DNA from: Allosphingosinicella sp.
GTDB taxonomy: Bacteria; Pseudomonadota; Alphaproteobacteria; Sphingomonadales; Sphingomonadaceae
Assembly: GCA_045811445.1 (NCBI GenBank)
Contig: JBJMTY010000171.1
Span: 1 to 41,553, forward strand
DNA: 41,553 nt
Reading direction: 5' to 3'
Positions 36,195-41,553 of the stretch are shown here, piece by piece (position 1 is the stretch's first letter; every line of letters starts with the position of its first letter). The notes under the pieces were generated by a model. The model was given only the letters and a program-made list of their open reading frames with translations, was not told where the DNA came from and searched no databases. Position numbers and translations under genes: made by a program.

Positions 36195-36312
36195 GTCCCC
36201 AGTCCCTAACGCCCATCTAGCGCGAGCCGATTCATCGGAAAAGGGCGTTTACATCCCGCGAGCAAGGCGAAGTGGGCATGACGCCGCGCTGCGCTTCTCC
36301 TAGAGAGCGCCC

Positions 36313-37224
36313 ATGGCACGGGTAAGGGCACGAGCGCACGGCCGCCGCCGCGGGTGGTTCGGGCGGACGGTCGTCTGGATCGTGCGGATCGTCTTCGGGT
36401 TCGTCTTGCTCAGCCTGCTGTGGGTGGCGCTCTACAAGTTCGTGAACCCGCCTTTCACCCTGACCATGCTCGGCGACACGCTCGAGGGTCGGCAGGTCGA
36501 CCAAGCGTGGATGCCGATCGAGCGGATCGACCGCGACATGGCGCGCGCCGCGATCGCCGCCGAGGACAGCAAATTCTGCTCGCACTGGGGCTTCGACCAG
36601 GATTCCATCGCTGCGGCGATGAAGCGCAACGCGCGCGGCGGCTCGGTGATCAGGGGCGGCTCGACGATCAGCCAGCAGACCGCGAAGAACGCCTTCCTGT
36701 GGCAAGGCGGCGGCTATGTGCGCAAGGGGATCGAGGCCTGGTTCACCCTGCTGATCGAGAACATCTGGGGCAAAAGGCGGATCATGGAGGTCTATTTGAA
36801 CCTCGCCGAGACCGGCATCGGCACCTACGGCGCCAATGCGGGCGCGCTGCGCTATTACGGGCACGACGCCTCCAGCCTCAGCCGCGTCGAGGCGGCGCGG
36901 ATCGCCGCCGTCTTGCCGCTGCCCAAGAAACGCGGGGCGGTGGCGCCCCAAGGCTTCACCCGGCGCTATGGCAACATGATCGCCGCGCGCGAGGGGGTGG
37001 TGGCGCGCGACGGGCTCGACGCCTGCGTCTATGCCGGACAAGCGGCGCCGGCGGAACGGCCCGAACCGGCCGCGCCGGCCGCGCCGAAGCCCGCGAAGAG
37101 GGAAGCACCCAGGCCCGTGCCGGTGGCCCCGTTGCCGGGCGAGGAGCTGGAGCAGCCGCAGGCGGCGGTGCCGGCTCCGGCTCCGGCTCCGGCGGGCGAG
37201 GCGCCTGAGGGCAACCAGGGCTGA
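36313..37224 (+). CDS. mtgA: Monofunctional peptidoglycan transglycosylase
   Basis: IAAEDSKFCSHWGFD, GGSTISQQTAKN and RIMEVYLN motifs; Pro/Ala-rich tail. Confidence 0.95.
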   Translation: MARVRARAHGRRRGWFGRTVVWIVRIVFGFVLLSLLWVALYKFVNPPFTLTMLGDTLEGRQVDQAWMPIERIDRDMARAAIAAEDSKFCSHWGFDQDSIAAAMKRNARGGSVIRGGSTISQQTAKNAFLWQGGGYVRKGIEAWFTLLIENIWGKRRIMEVYLNLAETGIGTYGANAGALRYYGHDASSLSRVEAARIAAVLPLPKKRGAVAPQGFTRRYGNMIAAREGVVARDGLDACVYAGQAAPAERPEPAAPAAPKPAKREAPRPVPVAPLPGEELEQPQAAVPAPAPAPAGEAPEGNQG

Positions 37225-37257
37225 TCGTACGGCGGGGGCTCCGGCGGCGGCCGCATC

Positions 37258-37455
37258 CGTCATGCCAGCGAAGGCTGGCATCCATGCCGAGCCTCCGGCG
37301 GCAGCGTGCATGGGGATTCGGCATGGGCCCCAGCCTTCGCTGGGGCGACGTGATGGGCTCCCCGTCATGCCAGCGAAGGCTGGCATCCATGCGGAGCCTC
37401 CGGCGGCGGGATGCATGGAGATTCAGCATGGGCCCCAGCCTTCGCTGGGGCGACG
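37258..37455. repeat. Tandem pair of 93-bp CGTC-type REP doublets
   Basis: Units at 37258-37350 and 37363-37455, near-identical to the 33121-33422 units and in the same orientation. Confidence 0.93.
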
Positions 37456-37471
37456 GGGGTAGGCGACCCGG

Positions 37472-37795
37472 CTAGAAAGGCATCTTGAAGCCGGGGGGGA
37501 GTTGCAGGCCGCCCGTCACCCCTTCCATGGCGCCGCGGGCGGCTTCGTCGGCCTTGGCGCGGGCGTCGTTGAGGGCGGCGGCGACGAGATCCTCGACCAT
37601 CTGCTTCTCGGACGGCGCGAGCAGGCTCTCGTCGATCTCGACGGCGATGACCCGGCCCTTGGCGCTGGCGCGGATGCGGACCAGGCCGCCGCCCGACGCG
37701 CCCTCGACCTCGACCTTGTCGAGATCCTCGTTGGCCCGCATCAATTTGGCCTGGGCTTCCTGCGCCATTTTCATGATGTCGTCGAAATTCGGCAT
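37472..37795 (-). CDS. ybaB: YbaB/EbfC nucleoid-associated protein
   Basis: EGASGGGLV, EDLVAAALNDA and LPPGFKMPF motifs; follows dnaX. Confidence 0.93.
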   Translation of the reverse strand: MPNFDDIMKMAQEAQAKLMRANEDLDKVEVEGASGGGLVRIRASAKGRVIAVEIDESLLAPSEKQMVEDLVAAALNDARAKADEAARGAMEGVTGGLQLPPGFKMPF

Positions 37796-37797
37796 GT

Positions 37798-39441
37798 CTA
37801 CTGGCTCCGTTGATCGGCGTGCCTGTAGCCCGCCAGCTCGGCGCCTGGAAAGGCCTCGAAGGCGGCCCGCACCATCGGCGCGTCGAGCACCTCGCGGCGG
37901 AGGCGATCGGCCTCGGTCTTCTCCTGATCGAGCAAGGTGGGCTGTGCTTCCCCGTCGGAGGAGGAGACGCGCCAGACCGCGCCGGTCAGCGCCTTGAGGA
38001 TCGCGCCGAGCTCACGAGCGAAATCGCCGGCGAGCGGCTTGACCGGCTTCACCACCAGCTCGCCGGGCGCGTAGCGGACCAGGCCGCAATAATCGTGGAG
38101 CTGCTGGGCGAGGTGCGGCTTGCCGCTCGTGGCGAGCAAGTGGACGAGCGCCGCGAAGGTCTCGGGCGCCTCGGCCGACGCGCTTGGCCCCGCCGGCGGC
38201 GCCGAAGCGGAGGGCGCGCGGGCGGGAACCGCGCCGCTCGCCAGCCGCTCGAGCAAGGCGGCGGGATCGGGCAGCTCGGAGGCATGGATGACGCGGAGCA
38301 AAGCCATCTCGGCGGCCTCGAGCGGCATCGGCGCGGCATGGACCTCGGCCAAGCCCTTCAGCAGCAATTGCCAGAGGCGGTGGATCGCGGCGTAGGAGAG
38401 GCCGCTTGCCCATTCGGCATAGGCCTCGCGCTCCTCGGCCGACTGGGCGGGATCGTCGGCGCCGCCGACTTTCGCGCGGGTGATGCCGTGGACGCTCTCG
38501 AGCAGGCCGCGCAGCACCGCCAAGGGCTCGACGCCGAGATCGTATTGATCGCGCAGCGCGGCGAGCGAGGCCCGCGCCTCGCCGGCGAGGAGCAGGCCGA
38601 GCAGCTTGCGGATCGCGCCGCGATCGGAGAGGCCGAGCATCGTCCTCACCTGGTCGGCACTGACGCCGCCGGCGCCGTGGGCGATCGCCTGGTCGAGGAT
38701 CGAGAGGCCGTCGCGGGCCGAGCCTTCGGCGGCGCGGGCGATCAAGGCGAGCGCCTCGGCCTCGACCTCGACCCCTTCGAGGCGGGCGACCTCGGCGAAA
38801 TGGGCGGCGAGCGTCTCGGCCGGGATGCGGCGCAGGTCGAAGCGCTGGCAGCGCGACAGGACGGTGACCGGGACCTTGTTGACCTCGGTCGTCGCGAACA
38901 GGAACTTGACGTGGGGGGGCGGCTCCTCGAGCGTCTTCAGCAGCGCATTGAAGGCGTTCTTCGACAGCATGTGGACTTCGTCGATGATGTAGACCTTGTA
39001 GCGCGCCGAGACGGCCGCGTAGCGCACCGCCTCGATGATCTCGCGCACATCGTCGACGCCGGTGTGCGAGGCGGCGTCCATCTCGACCACGTCGATATGG
39101 CGGCCTTCGGCGATGGCGCGGCAGGGCTCGCACACCCCGCACGGGTCGATCGTGGGCCCGCCCTGCCCGTCCGGGCCGACGCAGTTCAGCGCCTTGGCGA
39201 TGAGGCGGGCGGTCGAGGTCTTGCCGACGCCGCGCACCCCGGTGAGCAGGAAGGCGTGGGCGAGCCGGTCGCGGCGGATCGCATTGCCGAGCGTGCGCAC
39301 CATCGCGTCCTGGCCGATCAAAGCGTCGAAGCTCTGCGGCCGGTACTTGCGGGCGAGGACGCGATAGGGCTGGGCGCGGGCCGGCTGGGGCGGCTCGTCG
39401 AGGCCGAGGCCGAAAGCGTCGTCGGGGGAATCGGGAGGCAT
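37798..39441 (-). CDS. dnaX: DNA polymerase III subunit gamma/tau
   Basis: YRVLARKYRP, GVRGVGKTS, IDEVHML, LLKTLEEPP and SRCQRF motifs. Confidence 0.98.
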   Translation of the reverse strand: MPPDSPDDAFGLGLDEPPQPARAQPYRVLARKYRPQSFDALIGQDAMVRTLGNAIRRDRLAHAFLLTGVRGVGKTSTARLIAKALNCVGPDGQGGPTIDPCGVCEPCRAIAEGRHIDVVEMDAASHTGVDDVREIIEAVRYAAVSARYKVYIIDEVHMLSKNAFNALLKTLEEPPPHVKFLFATTEVNKVPVTVLSRCQRFDLRRIPAETLAAHFAEVARLEGVEVEAEALALIARAAEGSARDGLSILDQAIAHGAGGVSADQVRTMLGLSDRGAIRKLLGLLLAGEARASLAALRDQYDLGVEPLAVLRGLLESVHGITRAKVGGADDPAQSAEEREAYAEWASGLSYAAIHRLWQLLLKGLAEVHAAPMPLEAAEMALLRVIHASELPDPAALLERLASGAVPARAPSASAPPAGPSASAEAPETFAALVHLLATSGKPHLAQQLHDYCGLVRYAPGELVVKPVKPLAGDFARELGAILKALTGAVWRVSSSDGEAQPTLLDQEKTEADRLRREVLDAPMVRAAFEAFPGAELAGYRHADQRSQ

Positions 39442-39498
39442 GAAAGCGAGCCTAGATCAGCCGCGCACCGGGCGCCAGCGGCGGCGAATAGGGATTGC

Positions 39499-39558
39499 GA
39501 ACGAAAGGTGAATTTTTTGCTTGCGCAATAGGGGTTCGTTTGAGAACATAGCACGAAT
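39499..39558 (+). promoter_or_regulatory. Two LexA-type (GAAC-N7-GAAC-like) boxes and a plus-strand promoter
   Basis: GAAC-gaaaggt-GAAT (39499-39513) and GAAC-atagcac-GAAT (39544-39558). TTGCGC (39521) lies 17 nt before GAACAT. Confidence 0.6.
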
Positions 39559-39703
39559 CGCAGAGATGCGACTCGGGCTCTTTGACATCGTGAAGAGAGG
39601 AAAAGCGGCGGCGGCCGGCGGCGCCGGCATGTCCGGGCGGCGGCGCAGCGCCTGCCAACGGCGGCGCCTGCTATCGGTGCCCGCTATCGGTGTGCTTTGG
39701 CGC

Positions 39704-39795
39704 GGTGGGAGCCGGAACGACCCGGAGCGAAATCGTTACGGCTGCTTCCTTCCGGATCTGACCGGGTTGGCGACAACTCCGTCCGCCCGACTCCC
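39704..39795 (-). ncRNA. ffs: Signal recognition particle RNA (4.5S, small type)
   Basis: Minus strand CCGGTCAGATCCGGAAGGAAGCAGCCG domain IV, terminal GGGAG/CTCCC pairing, and the conserved position upstream of dnaX. Confidence 0.96.
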
Positions 39796-39832
39796 GCGGC
39801 GCATATGGGGGAGAAGCGGCGCAGAGGCAAGA

Positions 39833-40123
39833 TCAGGGAAGGTAGTTCTCCGGGTCCATCCGGTCGTGGAGAATTCGCGCGACCAGCAGCCTGTCCTCCT
39901 GAACGACGACGAATGCCACGTGCGACTTGTACACCGCACGGCGATAGCGATCGCTTCCTTCCTTGTTGAGTTGCAGGCGGTGCCGGTGCGTCGGGAGTTC
40001 CTTCAGAAAGACGCGGAGCCCGGCGACATAGCGCTCCGCCTGCTCCCGGCCGAAATTTTCAAACGTGTACCAAGTGATTCCGTCGAGGTCGCGATCCGCG
40101 TCCTCAGTTAGAACGATGCGCAA
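39833..40123 (-). CDS. parE: ParE/RelE-family toxin
   Basis: LTEDADRDLDGITWYTFENFGREQAERY...HVAFV...RILHDRMD. TTG start at 40123 follows AGGAG; the alternative is GTG 40141. Confidence 0.85.
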   Translation of the reverse strand: MRIVLTEDADRDLDGITWYTFENFGREQAERYVAGLRVFLKELPTHRHRLQLNKEGSDRYRRAVYKSHVAFVVVQEDRLLVARILHDRMDPENYLP

Positions 40124-40346
40124 GCCAGCGGCTCCTGGCACCGTCGATGATCTCGTCGATGCTGCGATCGCTTATTCCGCTTGCCTCACCTTCGAGAAGC
40201 AGCCGCTCCAGCTCGTCGCGGGCGCGCTGCCGGTCGCGAAGCATGTCGCGAACGAGATCGGCTGCATCGACATAGCGCCCCGCAGCGAGCTCCGCCTCCA
40301 CGAAGTCCTGCAGCTCACGGGGAAGATCGATATGCAAGGTGGCCAT
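40104..40346 (-). CDS. parD: ParD-family (RHH) antitoxin
   Basis: MATLHIDLP...FVEAELAAGRY..AADLVRDMLR...LLEGEASG; overlaps the toxin start. Confidence 0.85.
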   Translation of the reverse strand: MATLHIDLPRELQDFVEAELAAGRYVDAADLVRDMLRDRQRARDELERLLLEGEASGISDRSIDEIIDGARSRWLAHRSN

Positions 40347-40416
40347 GGCAGGATCAGAACTCAGCTTCGGTGCGGAGTCAACGCATGGAGTCAACGCATT
40401 CGGCCCGAAACCGTTC

Positions 40417-40752
40417 TCAACGCCCCTGCATGTTCCTGGCGCCGCCCGGCATGCGGACGGTGAGCGTTTCCAGCGCGTCGGAGAGGAATATCTGGCAGGC
40501 CAGGCGCGAGGTGCGGGTGACGTCGAAAGCGAGGTCGAGCAGGTCGTCTTCCTCCTCGCTGGCCGGGGGCAAGCGGGCGAAATCCTCCGCGGCGACGATG
40601 ACGTGGCAGGTCGAGCAGGCCATCTGGCCCTCGCACGTCCCTTCGAGCGGCTGGCCGGCGGCCTGGGCGACGTCGAGCAGGCGCTCCCCGGCCGGAGCGT
40701 CGACCTCGCGCACCGAAGCGCCGTCGGCGGCGACGAAGCGAACCCTGGTCAT
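40417..40752 (-). CDS. 2Fe-2S ferredoxin (adrenodoxin/ISC type)
   Basis: CEGQMACSTCHV...SRLACQ; start overlaps the desulfurase stop. Confidence 0.93.
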   Translation of the reverse strand: MTRVRFVAADGASVREVDAPAGERLLDVAQAAGQPLEGTCEGQMACSTCHVIVAAEDFARLPPASEEEDDLLDLAFDVTRTSRLACQIFLSDALETLTVRMPGGARNMQGR

Positions 40753-41553
40753 GCCGCGAAGCTCAGCTGGCGGCCGGCGGCGGCGTCGATGAGGGCGAGC
40801 GCGCGGAGCAGATCGTCCTCCCGCGTGTAGCGGCCGAAGCCGAGGCGGATGCTGGCACGCGCCTCGCGATCGGCGAGGCCCAGAGCGGCGAGGACGTGGC
40901 TGGGGCGGCCCGAGCCGCTGGCGCAGGCCGAGCCCGCGGAGAAGGCCACTTCGCGGACCTCGGAGACCAGGCGGGCGGCATCGACCCCGTCGCGGCGCAG
41001 GTTGAGGTTGCCGTGGTAGCGATGCTCGGCGGAGCCGTTCAGCGTCCAGCCGGGCATCGCCTCGCGGGCAAGGCCCCACAGGCGCTCGACATGGGGGCCG
41101 TCCGCGCCGAGCAAAGCCGCCGCCGCGCCGAAGCCCGCGCACAGAGCCGGCGAAAGCGTGCCCGAGCGCAGGCCGCCTTCCTGGCCGCCGCCGTGCATGA
41201 ACGGCTCGAGCTCGACGCCGCGGCGGACCCAGAGCGCGCCGACGCCTTTTGGGCCGTGGATCTTATGGGCCGAGACGGCGACGAGGTCGCAGGCTTCGAG
41301 CGGGAGCGGCACGCGGCCCAAGCCCTGGACGGCGTCGCAGAAGACGAGGGCGCCCTGGGCGCGGGCGATGCGGGCGATCTCGGCGACCGGCTGGACCACG
41401 CCGATCTCGTTGTTGACCAGCATCGCCGCGACCATTCCGGTGGTTTCACCGATTGTGTCCGCCAGCCTGTCCGTGGCGGCCAGCCCGTCGGCGGCGACAG
41501 GGAGCAGCTGGACGTCGAACGGCTGCGTCTGCTCGAGCGACGCAGCGCTATCC
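40749..41553 (-). CDS. iscS: Cysteine desulfurase (IscS/NifS class), 3' part; runs off the window end
   Basis: VNNEIG, DAVQ, SAHKIHGPKG (PLP Lys), RSGT and SAGSACAS (catalytic Cys) motifs. Confidence 0.92.
   Translation of the reverse strand, partial: DSAASLEQTQPFDVQLLPVAADGLAATDRLADTIGETTGMVAAMLVNNEIGVVQPVAEIARIARAQGALVFCDAVQGLGRVPLPLEACDLVAVSAHKIHGPKGVGALWVRRGVELEPFMHGGGQEGGLRSGTLSPALCAGFGAAAALLGADGPHVERLWGLAREAMPGWTLNGSAEHRYHGNLNLRRDGVDAARLVSEVREVAFSAGSACASGSGRPSHVLAALGLADREARASIRLGFGRYTREDDLLRALALIDAAAGRQLSFAA

Noticed and set aside
37798-39441. Programmed frameshift in dnaX
   Set aside because: No AAAAAAG-type slippery run was seen on the coding strand.
39670-39692. GCTATCGGTG 10-bp direct repeat near the ffs 3' end
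   Set aside because: Too short to support an att site or target duplication, and no integrase is present.
39521-40111. 196-aa plus-strand ORF (or from ATG 39566) after the LexA-like boxes
   Set aside because: It overlaps ffs and parE in antisense, has no SD and no recognisable domain. A short translated product cannot be fully excluded.

Overview
High-GC alphaproteobacterial chromosome segment. Gene order and sequences suggest Sphingomonadaceae (inference). It is mostly core genome: partial pckA; chvI-chvG-hprK-rapZ-EIIA(Man)-HPr-TrmH; the F0 ATP synthase operon; ydbH-ynbE-ydbL; radC; purB; a Tat-exported S9 peptidase; GST; GH43; Fe-SOD; a TPR protein; pspF with a sigma54-driven psp operon; sufE; PaaI thioesterase; J-domain protein; RNase P RNA; amidase; cheRBYWA-chpT; rluD-rpoH; mtgA; ybaB-dnaX; SRP RNA; parDE; ferredoxin; partial cysteine desulfurase. 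The most notable features are: (1) the psp operon is extended by a leader micro-protein and four tandem small membrane/coiled-coil proteins that share the PspB/PspC C-terminal motif; (2) an AT-rich element between dnaX and ffs carries two LexA-type boxes, a promoter, a GAGA-tetraloop hairpin and an rRNA-type boxA, and points antisense into SRP RNA and parE; (3) constant-length (92-93 bp) CGTC-type REP doublets occur singly and in tandem arrays; (4) sigma-EcfG promoters precede an uncharacterised secreted protein and sodB; (5) HPr appears to start at CTG; (6) many genes have a leaderless promoter architecture. All product calls come from motif recognition only; no database searches were run.
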